Shown here in pieces: positions 36,501 through 48,677 of a stretch of 64,000 bases of DNA. Made by a program: the position numbers and the translations under genes. A model generated the notes under the pieces. It saw nothing but the letters and a program-made list of their open reading frames with translations, searched no databases and was not told the origin of the DNA. Location: contig OY740782.1 in NCBI GenBank assembly GCA_963514005.1, forward strand, positions 86,118,001-86,182,000, given 5' to 3'. This DNA comes from Raja brachyura (taxonomy: Eukaryota). Every line of letters begins with the position of its first letter. Positions within the stretch are counted from its first letter, which is position 1.

Positions 36501-38445
36501 TACATTTTGGGGTCCTGAAAAGTTTGAAGATGCGATAGGCATTTACTTTACCCTACTAATTCACACGGAAGTGGAAGAGTATGGAAGATACCAGGGAATT
36601 CGGATCATCCACCCACTGATTGCAAATCGCTGCTTGGAAGAATTGAGAAGTGCTTACAATCTTCCCAAGAGTAAGATCACCACTATGTTGCTAAATACAA
36701 ATATCTTTCTCCAACGTGGAATTGGAAAAGAGAAACTCCAACAAGACACATACAGTATGTTGCTCACCAGACAGCGAAAAGAACATGGAGATGAAGCAGA
36801 TACTCTGTTCTCTCCTTTAATTGAAGCAATACAGAAGGAGGAAGGAAGTGATCAAGTCATAAATGTTTTGACTGAAGCATCAAACAAGTTTGACCAAAAT
36901 CCCTTCATTTCACAGGCCTTGGCAAGACACTTATATCTGATTAAAAAGGATTTTGACTCAGCACTGGAATGGGCTTTAAAGGCCAAGGGTAAGGCAAAGG
37001 ACAATTCATTTATAAGAGACACACTGGGCCAAGTTTTTAAAAGCAAGTTAAAATACAGGATGGAATCGGTTGAAGCTGACAAGCAAACTGTGGTGACTCC
37101 TAATCAGCTGAGAGAGTTCCTGGACCTTGCGCAATCTGCTTCAGAAGCTTTCAGAGAATCACAGCAACTGACAGCAATGAAGGAGGATAGAGCTAACTGG
37201 CAGGAACGGAGGAGCAGATTAAAATCTGATGTTTACAATACTTTAGGTTATTTAGGAGAGATCGAAGTTGGTCTGTACGTTATAGACATTATCAGAATGA
37301 TCCCATTCTTCAGTGGGAACGATAAAATAAATAAATTGCAATTAATGTGTTTCCTCTCGGGGAACATGAATCTTCAGCACATTGAAAAGGAAAACGAAGT
37401 TGATGAAGAGTTATGTTCAATGATTGCAGAATATAACCGATACCTGATAAATATTCAGATATCTATGAAAATGGCTTTTGACTTTTTCGAAGATTATTTT
37501 GTCTATTTTAAAACGAAGAACATTGAGAGAGAAGCAGCTGAATTTAGGATTCGCAAAAAAGTTTCAGATTGTTTTCATAAATACACTGAAGTATTTTATT
37601 TATCACAGTTGGAAAACATCTCAGCAAGGAAGTGCAATCCCAAACTCAGTCTACCACTGGAGCTGGAAGATCACAAGAAGTTCTTAGAGCTCCACAAAGC
37701 AGACCGCTTTGCCGGTTTGCTTGAGTTCCTAAGGAATAATCATGACAGAGGGGATACAATGGAAGAAATTGTTAGGAAGTACAAATTCATTCTCCAGAAT
37801 TCAGCAAAGAAAAGATTATCAAAAGAGAAACAGAACTTCATCTTGGCCAACATTGTGCTTAACTGTGTTAAACCAAACTCCAAGAAAATTGAAACTTATG
37901 ATAAACTTAAAGAACTTTTGAAGGAAGTTCTGCAAGATGTGGGGTTTGATTGTGGTCACGTTGAACCATATTTCTTGGGTTCCTTATTATTTTGGCCAAC
38001 AAACCAAAAAGAAACTGATGAAGATTACCGATTTCTTCTGAAATGCATCACAGCAATCAAGCTGTCATTTAGAGGGCGCTATGCACGAATGAGTCATTCC
38101 AAACATCCTGTTGCACATTTCTACCTCTGCAAAAGAGGAGGGTTGAAGAGATTTGCTCACAAAGCAGAAATTGATCAATTTTTCGGCAAGGTGCGACACC
38201 TCAATTCCTTATGGCAATCTGGAGAGATCTGGAAAGAAAATGAGGTCAAAACGCTTCTCCTTGGCATGAATGGTAGAACAGGCGAGGATAACAAGGTGCA
38301 TATTGAGTTTGGCAATATCAAAATTCCTGTGAGACCTGTACATTTGGGCAAGCTCAGAAGTGGTCTAAGCATTGAGAATGTATCCTTTTACTTGGGATTC
38401 TCGATGGATGGACCTATAGCATATGACATTGAGACGGCAAATTAA
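33553..38445 (+). CDS. SAMD9L: Sterile alpha motif domain-containing protein 9 / 9-like (SAM - AlbA_2 nuclease - SIR2-like - STAND NTPase - TPR - OB), 1630 aa, single coding exon
   Basis: N-terminal SAM ([11 protein letters not shown]...EDVSGVVL); [16 protein letters not shown] and [22 protein letters not shown] (AlbA); [16 protein letters not shown] (Walker A); LLLVDDFE (Walker B); C-terminal [17 protein letters not shown]. SAMD9 versus SAMD9L orthology cannot be resolved because that duplication is mammalian. Confidence 0.95.
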   Translation: [1630 protein letters not shown]

Positions 38446-38619
38446 GAGTTCCAGATATGGAGTGTGGGTTAACATTGGTGCACCAACTCTTACATAATTT
38501 TCTTCTGACAGATACAATATTGATATATATTTTCAAATAATAATAGTGCATGACCTGAAGGGAACCTGTGGATGGTGGTGTTCCTCTGTATCTGCTGCCA
38601 TGGTTCTTCATATGATAAT

Positions 38620-39800
38620 AAATCATAGGAGAAGAATTAGGTCATTTGACCCATCAAGTCTACTCTGTTATTTGATCATGGCTGATTTATCTTTTCCTTT
38701 CAACCCCATTCTCCTGCGCCCTTCGCCCCCACCCCCCCCCCACCCATAATATTTGACACCCTTACTAATCAAGAATCTGTCAATCTCCGCTTTAAAAATA
38801 TCCAATGACAGCCTCCACAGCCATCTGTGGCAATGAATTAGACAGATTCACCACACTGATTAAATAAATTCCTTTTAATCACCTTTCTAAAGGTATGTCC
38901 TTTTATTCTGAGGCGGTGACCTCTAGTCATGGACTCCCACTAATGAAAACATCCTCTCCACATTCTCTTATCCAGGCCTTTCACTATTTGATAAGTTTCA
39001 ATGAGGTCCCCCCTCATCCCCCTAAACTCCAACGAATACAGGCCCAGTACTGTCAAACGCTCATCTTACATTAACCCAATCATCCTCGGGATCATTTTCA
39101 TAAACCTCCTCTGAATCCTCTCCAACCCAGCACTTCCTCCTCAGATATGGAGCACAAAACTGCTACACAATACTCCAAATACAGTTTGACCAGTGCCTTA
39201 TAAAGTTTCAATATTATATCCCTGTGTTTATATTCTTGATCTCTCGAAATAAATGCTAGCATTGCACTTGCCTTCCTTCTGATTCAACTTGCAATTAACC
39301 TTTTGGGAATCCTGCACAAGCACTCCCAAATCCCTTCGCACCTCCGTTTTCTGAATCCTTTCACCATTTAGAAAATAGTACATGCTCACCCAAACTGTCC
39401 AAGTTCTGCTTCCTTTACACTACCAGTTCCTCCACCTATGTTAACATCATCTGCAAACTTGGCCACAATGCCTTCAATTCCCTCATCCAAATCATTGATA
39501 AACAACGTGAAGAGTAGTGGCCCCAACATCGATCCCTGCGGAACACCAATCTTTGCCTTCTGCCATTCAGCCAACCTCATATCCATGCTGGTATCTTCCC
39601 CTAATACCATTGACTCTCATCTTCCTCAGCAGCTTCACATCATGCACCTAATCAAAGGCCTTCTAAAAATCCACATAAACAAAATCTACTGACATCCTCA
39701 TCCCCTCCTTTTTCTATCCTGCTGTTTACTTCCTGAAATAATTCCAGCTAATCCATCAGGCAAGATCTCCCCTTCAGAAAACTATGCTGACCATCCTATT
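38620..39800 (-). mobile_element. Degenerate CR1 LINE just downstream of the SAMD9 stop
   Basis: GVPQGSMLGPLLFTLFINDLDEG..KFADD on the minus strand plus a CR1 3' UTR. Confidence 0.85.
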
Positions 39801-41338
39801 TTATAATGTACTTCCAAATATTTGGAAACCTTATAATTTACAATCTGTGGTTGCTGGAACAGCAGTCATTTTACTGGGCCTAAAAATAATATGGCTAAAT
39901 TGTGTTTAAATTAGAATTGTCTTAGGTGTTGGAAGATCCAGAATACAATGCCTAGTCCATTGTGCAAATCAGCTTTCATCTACACTTTGATGCTGTCTCG
40001 TGAAAACTGCCAACATAATCAAGGACCGCTCACGTCACAGTCATTTTCTTTTCTCCCCTGAAAGCACATAGCATCAGATTCATGAACCGCTTCTTCGCCA
40101 CTGTTATTAGACTCTTGAAGGGACCTCTCATACGCTAAGGAGGAATTCCCATTCTTCCAATCTACCTCGTTGCAGCCTTTTAACTTTGTTATTTGCACTT
40201 TCTCTGTAGCACTTTATTTTACACATTGTTTATTTTGGCGTTTGTACTGCCCGATGGACTTGGGGATAGTATGATTTGCCTCGCTAGCATTTATATTATT
40301 GTACATGTGTCAATAATAATCTAATACCAATACAATGATGTACTTGTTGATTGTTCATCATTTGCTTTCTGGTTTTAAGAATCACAGGAAGTGTGCAACA
40401 GATCACTTCAGTACTTCAAAAAGAAAAGGCATGTTACCAATTTGGGTATCATTTTTTATCACAGCTTCATCTAAAGCAAAGCCAAGCATAATACTTTCAG
40501 CACTTGCAGTTTTAATTCCATGTTGTGGGATCGGTCTTTGGAAATTACCGGGGATATAATTTTTTATTTCAGCAAGATTTTCCGGGTCAGGGTTGTATTT
40601 TTTACTGAATGTGTTACAAGTGAAAGGTATAGTACTGGTGTCCAATGCCTGGAACTTCAAGGCAAGTAATATGGCACGGGGCAGCCCAACATGTAGTCAC
40701 CCGGTACAAAGAGGACAAATTATTGAATTAGGGTCTAATATCAATGTGACATGACCCTGGACAGGTAAACCAGTGCACAATCATTTCTAATAGTTGTACT
40801 TGTAGGAAGGGCTCAAGTGGACCTGCCTTGGGACCTCCAGTCCACCTTCCCTGAGATCATGGGCAGATTCTTCCCAATTCTCTGTCCTCCACTGTAAGGA
40901 ATCTTCCCTTTTAGTGCTGATAATCATTTAGATGCTTCTGGTGCTTGAAATGCTGCCCCACTAATTTTGTTAATACTGGGAACAAGCAGATATATGTTGA
41001 AACAAAATCTGTTATCTTGGCACCAAGACCATGTTATCGGACTGTGCCTAATCATTCAAATGTACATTTTACAACCATTTTTCATAAAGCTTATAAAACA
41101 TACTGTAATATACGCAATTTAGTTTTGTAAGATGCATTCTTTGAGAAATGTTTTCTTTGTGTGTTTTAGTTAACATGATATAACCAGAATGTACTTGTGA
41201 TAGCTACTATCTAGTTTTAAAATTAAAGACAGATATATCATGTTTTTATAGCAGGTGATTGAATTATTGTATGTGTTTTAATGATGTCAGAAACCATCTT
41301 CAGAAATGCCATAGATTCTGGAGGCAGTGACGCTATAA

Positions 41339-42227
41339 AGTGCCTGTCCCACTTAGGCAACTTCTTTTGCGAGTGCAGGTGACTGTCATAGTCTTGTTGA
41401 ATCGCTGAAAAAGTGAATGTATTAAACGCATCCTACGACTATGTAGGACAAGCTTCGACTATCTACGACTTAATCGCCGATGCACTCGTGACAAATGGCG
41501 ACCCAATAGTGGGGACTGAAGATGACCACCTTTGACTTGCAGACGAAGGTGGTCGTCTGTAAGTTTGTGTGTGTTTCAATGATCTAAATATATGAGAAAT
41601 GAAATATGAGATATAAGTGATGACATGAGGGACTACTATGAAAAATAATAATATTCATACATCAATTTGAGGTTAAAAAGTCAGGGATTTCCTTTATTGG
41701 TAATGAACCATACAAAAGTCTTGTAAACTGGGGTGGGTGGTGTTGAGGGTTGTGCCCTGTCCCTGCGCTGAAGCCTTCTCCTCAGAGCCATGTCACACAC
41801 CGTCTGATCCACTGAAAGAAAAATTGCACAATGACCGCACACTGGAATGACAGCGCATCACGTGCTGCTGTTTACATACCTTTTTTTTCGCAATAAGCCA
41901 ATTAAAATGACCGGTCAGCAAAGGCAATTAACTAAGACTACCTACAACTACCTACGATTACCTACAATAACATGACGACCTCACGACGACTAGACCTACA
42001 ACTACAAAAGTTTCGATTTTCTCCATGGCGACCAATTTTTGGTCGCAGAAAATGTTTCAACATGTTGAAAAGTTTTTGGTGATCATACGGAGGTCGCGAC
42101 TAGTTCCCAGAATGCGGGAACTCCTCGCGACCATGAAGGAGACCACCAGCGACCATGCGGCGACCATGCGGCGATCTTGTGGCGAGCGCAGAGTCGCCTA
42201 AGAAGTCGTATAAGTGGGTCAGGCCCT
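41339..42227. mobile_element. Harbinger-type MITE
   Basis: TAA|AGTGCCTGTCCCACTTA ... TAAGTGGGTCAGGCCCT|TAA; right part homologous to 2690-3039. Confidence 0.85.
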
Positions 42228-42529
42228 TAAGAATGGCAGTCCATTTCTCAATTTAGATCAAACATTTTGAAATTCAGCATGGTTACAAGTAGTTTGAAAA
42301 TCTTGAGATATTGCCATTTCATTTGAATTATTTGTTACATTATGCATAAAAACTTACTCCATGAAGTTTGAAATAATAATCGATTTTATTCTTTTTCTGA
42401 TATACAATGGTATTTCCAACTGGGTGGTATGGCTTTGGTAGAAAGCTGGGATATAGAAAGGTATTAGCTAAAACACTGGGTTCACCTTAATCAAACGATA
42501 AACACCATCATTAGCACGTCACTGAATGG

Positions 42530-42825
42530 ACAGCACAGCTGGTAAATCTGCTGCCTCACAGCTTCAAAACCATAGGTTTTATCCTGACCGCGGGTGCTGT
42601 CTGTGTGGAGTTTGCCCATTCTCCCTGTAACTGCATGGGTTTCCTCTGGGTGCTCCAGTTTTCTCCCACATCACTAAGTCTGTAGATTAGTTGGCCTCTG
42701 TAAATGTATAGGGAGTGGATCCGAGAGTGAGCTAACATAGAACTTGTATGAACAGGTGATGAATCGTGGACGTGGACTCAATGGATCGAAGATTTCTACA
42801 TTGTATCTTTCAATCAATTCAATTA
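42530..42825 (+). mobile_element. Degenerate tRNA-derived V-SINE (HE1-like)
   Basis: gctgcctcacagc..ggttt(t)atcctgacc..gtctgtgtggagtttgc..ttctccc..gggtttcctc. Confidence 0.7.
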
Positions 42826-44326
42826 ATCAATTAGCAAGACTTTAGCAGGATGAAGTGAAATCCTATTCAAGAGACCCAAGTATACTTTAGTCAGTGGAGA
42901 CTTAAGGGTTAAGGTGTAAGAATGTTTGACCCACCATCTGGTAATTACTGCTGTCATTGTTGGCACTTACTGTACCTTCCTTTGGATCAAAAATGGCCAG
43001 GCTGAGCTTAAGAGCACCAGCTCTCCAGCAAAGTTGGTCTCTTATTGCAGATGGATGAGTGATACTCCACAAAGGAACATAGCCTCTGACCGTCTGGGTC
43101 ATGTGGGTGGGATGGCAGAGGAAGGGATGGGGGAAAAGGGATCGATGATGATTTTGGGAGGAGTAACCCTTACGGGTACAGGGTAATACAAGGCTCTATA
43201 TAAATTTAGTAAATGTGATTTTTTTTTAAATTTCATATGAATTTGTAAATGAGATTTTGGTAACATTGGAAGATTGACTGTTACCAACTAATAAAGTAAT
43301 GGCAAAATTATAATTGTACTTTTCATTTATTTAAAAAATTAAAATAATACATATATAAATGATCTGTACATATAATTGCATGTTATTAGAATGTCTTTCA
43401 TATGTAATAAACTTCGTTTTTGACAAAACTGAATTACATTTTATCTCATTAGACAAACAGAAAATTAGCTTTTCAAGGAAGGAAGCTAGTTCATTAACAA
43501 TGCAACTATTGGAGGATGGGATGGTAGTGAAGATTTGATTCCCACATGAATCAAATATATAAATGAAAAGGCCTTTAAATGTAAGGAAAATCTTAAAATG
43601 ATTGTACTCATAGCTAATTTCTGTAATATTCATTGGTCCTCAAGGTTTTTGGCACATGGTGTGAAATAAGTTGCATGTGTGACATTCACAATTAGTACAA
43701 ATACCTCTAATTCCACTAAATGCTAGGTCCTAGGAGATTCACTAAATGGCTTTCATTACAAACAGAATTGCTCAGGGTGCACCAATTTTATTGTGGACAA
43801 TTTGCCAAAAGAACTGCATCTATCCATCAGGTCTCGTATCTTCAGATAAATTAGTTCTGCAATAAATTAGGAAGTATTTAGACTATAATTTCTGCTTAAT
43901 TACACCTGGACCTTCTTCTTCTTCTTTTGTGTGGCGTGCACAGCCTAAAGTTGTTGGACAACTTGTTCTATTTGATCTTCCGTTTGTGCACGCCGAATTG
44001 ATTGCATTAGTCGAAACAGGGCGGACCACATGAAGGTTGCAATCTTCCACCCCACACCTGGACCTCTGGAGAGTTTAACAATTATTAAATCAGCGTGATG
44101 TCTCTTGTAGAAGAGATGGGGAAACAAGATTCCACCTTTGTCTCAGGGTTGATAACTGGTTTGGTTTCCATGTTGACCCACATGAAAAACAAACTGCAGG
44201 AGGACCTCAGTAGGTCAGGCAACATCTGTGGAGGGAAATGGAGAGATGATGTTTCAGATCAGGACTCTCCTTCAGACTGATTCCAGGATCTGCAGTCTCT
44301 TATATCTACATAAAACTCTTGTAAGG

Positions 44327-45120
44327 AAGTAAGTAAGTAATTTTTATTTATATAGCACTTTTAAATCAAATCACGTTGAAGCCAAAGTGCTTTACAGAGA
44401 AAAAAAATTAGATTACCATACAACCATATAAAATAAAAAAAAGAAGAAAAATAAAGACACAATACACTATAAGATTCAACATGAACATCCCCCCAACAGC
44501 AGAATCAACATTTTCCACTGAGGGAAGGCACCAAAAAGTCTAGTCCTCCTCCTCCTCCTAGTCTACCCGAAGTCGGGGCCTATTTGAGGCCTCCGCAGCC
44601 AGGCGCCGCAACTGCGGCCCAATGTTATAGGACCTCCTGCCGGGAAGCTGGAACACTGGCGTTGGATGAACACTCCTCAGCGGCATGGAAATGTCTGGAG
44701 CGCCTGCTTCCTCCCCGGAGACCGCGGCGCCCGTAGTCCTCAGGCGCGCTAGTTGGAGCTCCGACTCTGGTGACCTCAGATCCCAGGTGTTTTAAATCCA
44801 GCGGTGCCTGTGGCTGGACGCCCCGCAGCCACAGCTCCGCGATGTTGGAGTCGGCGGTCACAGCATTCCGGAGTTTACCGCACGGTGACCCAGGTAGGGC
44901 ATCGCCCGCTCAAGATGGTGTCGCAGCACTGTGCCCCCACGGAAGCTGTAGTCCCGGCCGGTCCCGGCAGGAATCACCGCTCCTGTCCCGACGATAGGCT
45001 GCACGGAGAGGCCGAACATGCGATTGGGAGGAAAACCGCAGAAATAAAGTTTACCCCTTCCCCTCCCACCACATAAAAGAAGACTTACAACAAACATTTT
45101 GGTTTAACAGGACTAAAAAG
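44327..45120 (-). mobile_element. GC-rich non-autonomous retro-repeat with (TTAC)n tail
   Basis: aagtaagtaagt-ttttattatatagcac end; homologous to 46914-47781. Confidence 0.7.
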
Positions 45121-46656
45121 TAGTGCAATTAAGTCTCCTTGGACATTGGTAATTAACTTGGTCTTCATTGACATGAACATTCAATTTAACAGGAGATGAG
45201 CAAGATATGGAAATTCAAGTATACCTAAAAATAACTGCATCCATGCGAGATTATATACCACCCGTAATTTGAGGTTTTAGTTTTCATTGTCCACCTTGGA
45301 AATAGATGTAGGTTTGCCTGGCATGGTTTAGAGTCATGTTGGATATGGGCTATCCATGTAATTTGATTTTGCAGGTCATAATATATTTTACAGTGTGCCC
45401 AATGCCTAATTTCTTGTCAACAGCAATGTGTGCGCATTTGGTGGTCCAGGTGTACATTTAATGCCTGAAAGATGGCAGCCGGTGTTTTGAGCTGTTAAAG
45501 TTGCCAACATAGACTTAAGATCTATTTTACCCTATTGCTAGCTCTAGCTAAAGCTACATGCTGTGAAACAATAGTGTTATTTGATTTGTATGCACAATAT
45601 AGGCATCACTACTGGGACCTGCATTTGTTGTCACTCTGAAATAACCTTGTGAAATTGCTGATAAGTCGCTCGCTTGGAAGTCTGTGGTGTGTGTGTGTGT
45701 GATGAAAGTGGTCCTTTATAGTCGATGAAGTGATACAGTTGGGAATGAGGGAAAAGCGAGATGTTTAACTGCCTTAATAAAGTAAATGATAAAAGGGCAG
45801 AGTGCCCAGCCTGAGCTGGGCAATGGATTCAGTCACATCACATTCACTCTCAGGTCTAATGACCTGGAAAAGTTCTCCACATGACACCTGCATGCAGTGA
45901 TCTAAACTGGGAGAACTTAACAGTAGACTTGTCAAGCGAGTCACTTTTCAGCCAACATCCATCACACTCCCTGGGGATTTCCTGCCCCAACATCAGGACA
46001 AACCCACCAGAAGTGAGAGTGCATTAAATGAGTGTCAATAAGTTGCGAATACTGGAAATCTGAAATAAAAAACAAATACTTTAAATGCTCAGTAGGTCAG
46101 CCAGCATCATTGAAAAGAGAAGAAAGCTAACATTTCAGCTGAAAATCCTTCATTGTAACTGGGAACAGGGAAAAACAATATTTATGGTGTGCCTTGTTAC
46201 AATGATACATAGGTCGTGCAGTGTTCTGCAGCTTTGCAATCTTGTTAAATGGGATGGATTCTGAACAAAGTTGGCAGTTCACTCTAGCGGACAAACATAG
46301 AAGTGCAGACTGCTCTAACCTGTCACCTCAAGCCTGGCATAGTGTCTACCATTTACAATGAAGCCATGGAATTAACCTTGGTTCATTGGGAAGTGCAGGA
46401 GATCATGTGGGTGCAGCACCAGGCATATCTAAAAATGAGCCTCCAAACAGCATCGAATGATCAGGGCAAAGTGTTCCCTCAAATGATCAGATCTATGCTC
46501 TGCAGTACTGTCATATCTTTAGTTTATGTAGGAAAGAACTGCAGATGCTAGTTTAAATTAAAGGTAGACACAAAATTCTAGAGTAACTCAGCAGGATAGG
46601 CAGCATCACCGGTGAGAAGGAATGGGTGACGTTTCGGGTCGAGATCCTTCTTAACT

Positions 46657-46913
46657 TTAGTTTAGAGATACAGCGTGGAAACAGGCCCTTCAGCCCAACG
46701 AGCCCACGCCGACCAGTGATCCCCATACACTAACACTATCCTACATGCTAGGGACAATTTACAATTTGTTATTGAAGCCAATTAATCTATAAACCTGTAC
46801 TTCTTTGGAGTGTGCAAGGAAACCGGAGCGCCCGGAGAAAACCCACACAGTCATGATGTGAACATACAAATTCAACAGACAGCACCTGGAGTCAGGATCG
46901 AACCCGGGTCTCT
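46657..46913 (-). mobile_element. HE1-like V-SINE, truncated by the adjacent insertion
   Basis: tttagtttagagatacagcgtggaaacaggccc...ggatcgaacccgggtctctg. Confidence 0.8.
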
Positions 46914-47781
46914 GGTAAGTAAGTAAGTAAGTACATTTTATTTATATAGCACGTATAAATCAACTCGCGTTGCAACCAAAGTGCTTTACATAGAAGAAAT
47001 AATTAAGTTTCCATACATCCATAGAAACATTAAAAAAAAGAAAAGTGACACAACATCATTATAGAGTTCAACATGAACGTCCCCCCACAGCGGAATCAAA
47101 AATTTCCACTGTGGGGAAAGGCATCAGAAAGTTCAGTCCTCTTCCTCTATGATCACCCGAGGTCGGGGCCTATTTGTTGCCTCCACAGCCAGTCCGGTGT
47201 TTTCAGGCCTTCTTGCCGGGAAGATAGAACTCCAGTGTCGGGTGAACACTCCTCAGTGGCTTGGAAATGTCTGGAGTGGCCGCTCCCTCCCCGGAGACCG
47301 CGGCACCCGATGTCCTCAGGCTGTACTGGTTGGAGCTCTGACTCTGGCGATCTCGGATCCCAGGCTCCGGGGTGTTTTAAATCCAGCGACACTCCGCAGC
47401 TACTTCTCCTCAGATGTTGGGGTCGGCGGTCACAGCACTCGGGAGCTTACTGCACAGTGACCCAGGCAGGGCATCACCGCTTCGTGATGGTGTCCCAGCG
47501 CTGTGCCGCCGCCGAATCTGTTGTCCCAGCCGATTCCGACAGGAAACGCCGCTCCAGTCCGATGGTCGGCCGCGAGGAAGGAGCGAAGAAGCAGCTTGGA
47601 GGAAAGCCGCCTCTCCAACCAGGTAGAGACAAGGAAATAAAGTTTTCCCCTTCCCCTCCCCCAACCCACCACATAAAAGACCTGCAACAAACATTTTATT
47701 TTTAACAGGACTAAAAATAAAAATAAAAAAGGGTGAAAGGACAGACTGCGGGCAGAGCAGCCATACACAACGGTGCCCCAC
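46914..47781 (-). mobile_element. GC-rich non-autonomous retro-repeat with (TTAC)n tail
   Basis: gtaagtaagtaagt..tttatttatatagcac tail; far end gccatacacaacggtgccccac matches the 32415-32440 end. Confidence 0.7.
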
Positions 47782-48014
47782 TCCTGCAGTCTGCCATCAC
47801 ATGGTGTCGTAAGGCAGCAACTCAACTGCTGCACCACTGCACTAGTCAATATTAAACAGCAAATGGGGGAAGAGGTCTCCAAGACGATCTCTATACTCAA
47901 TGATGAGAAACGTTTGTGCTAAAGACATGGCTAAAGTATCTTCAACTAGATTGCCAACAGATGATCCATCCAGACTTCTTGAGATCATCACTGATATAGA
48001 AGCCGTTGTACATT

Positions 48015-48230
48015 AGTGGTGAGTCTCTGGAATTCTCTGCCACAGAATGTAGTTGAGGCCAGTTCATTGGCTATATTTAAGAGGGAGTTGGATGTAGCCC
48101 TTGCGGCTAAAGGGATCAGGGGGTATGGAGAGAAGGCAGATACAGGATACTGAGTTGGATGATCAGCCATGATCATATTGAATGGCGGTGCAGGCTCGAA
48201 GGGCCGAATGGCCTACTCCTGCACCTAGTT
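48015..48230 (+). mobile_element. CR1 3' terminal fragment
   Basis: gtggtgagtctctggaattctctgccacag...cctactcctgcacct. Confidence 0.88.
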
Positions 48231-48424
48231 TTCAAATATTTCTATTGTCTCGGCCGCTCCCTGTGTTTTTCATGTCGTTCAGGGCTATAACAATCTGAGA
48301 GCAGCATTCTCTTCCAGTCTTTTCAGCAGCCTTTATTTCAGTCATTTGCAAGCATAACGTTTTGTACTTTGTTTCCTAAGTCTATCCCTTTTGTAGCATG
48401 TCATTAGGTTTGATAAAGCTCTTT

Positions 48425-48677
48425 TAGTTTTGTTTAGTTTAGACATACAGCACGGAAACAGGCCCGTTGGCCCACCGAGTCCACACTGACCAGCAATCCC
48501 CACACATTAACACGATCCTACACACACTAGGGACAATTTAAACTTTTACCAAGCCAATTAACCTACAAACCTTACGTCTTTGGAGTGTGGGTGGAAGATC
48601 AAAGACCGAAGATCTCGGAGAAAACCCACGTGGTCACAAGAAGGCAGCAACTCTACCGCTGCGCCACCATGCCGCCC
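48425..48677 (-). mobile_element. HE1-like V-SINE (internally deleted)
   Basis: (TTTAG)n tail to ...ctaccgctgcgccaccatgccgcc head. Confidence 0.8.

Noticed and set aside
33642-38372. Short antisense and alternate-frame ORFs within SAMD9
   Set aside because: Shadows of the long coding frame
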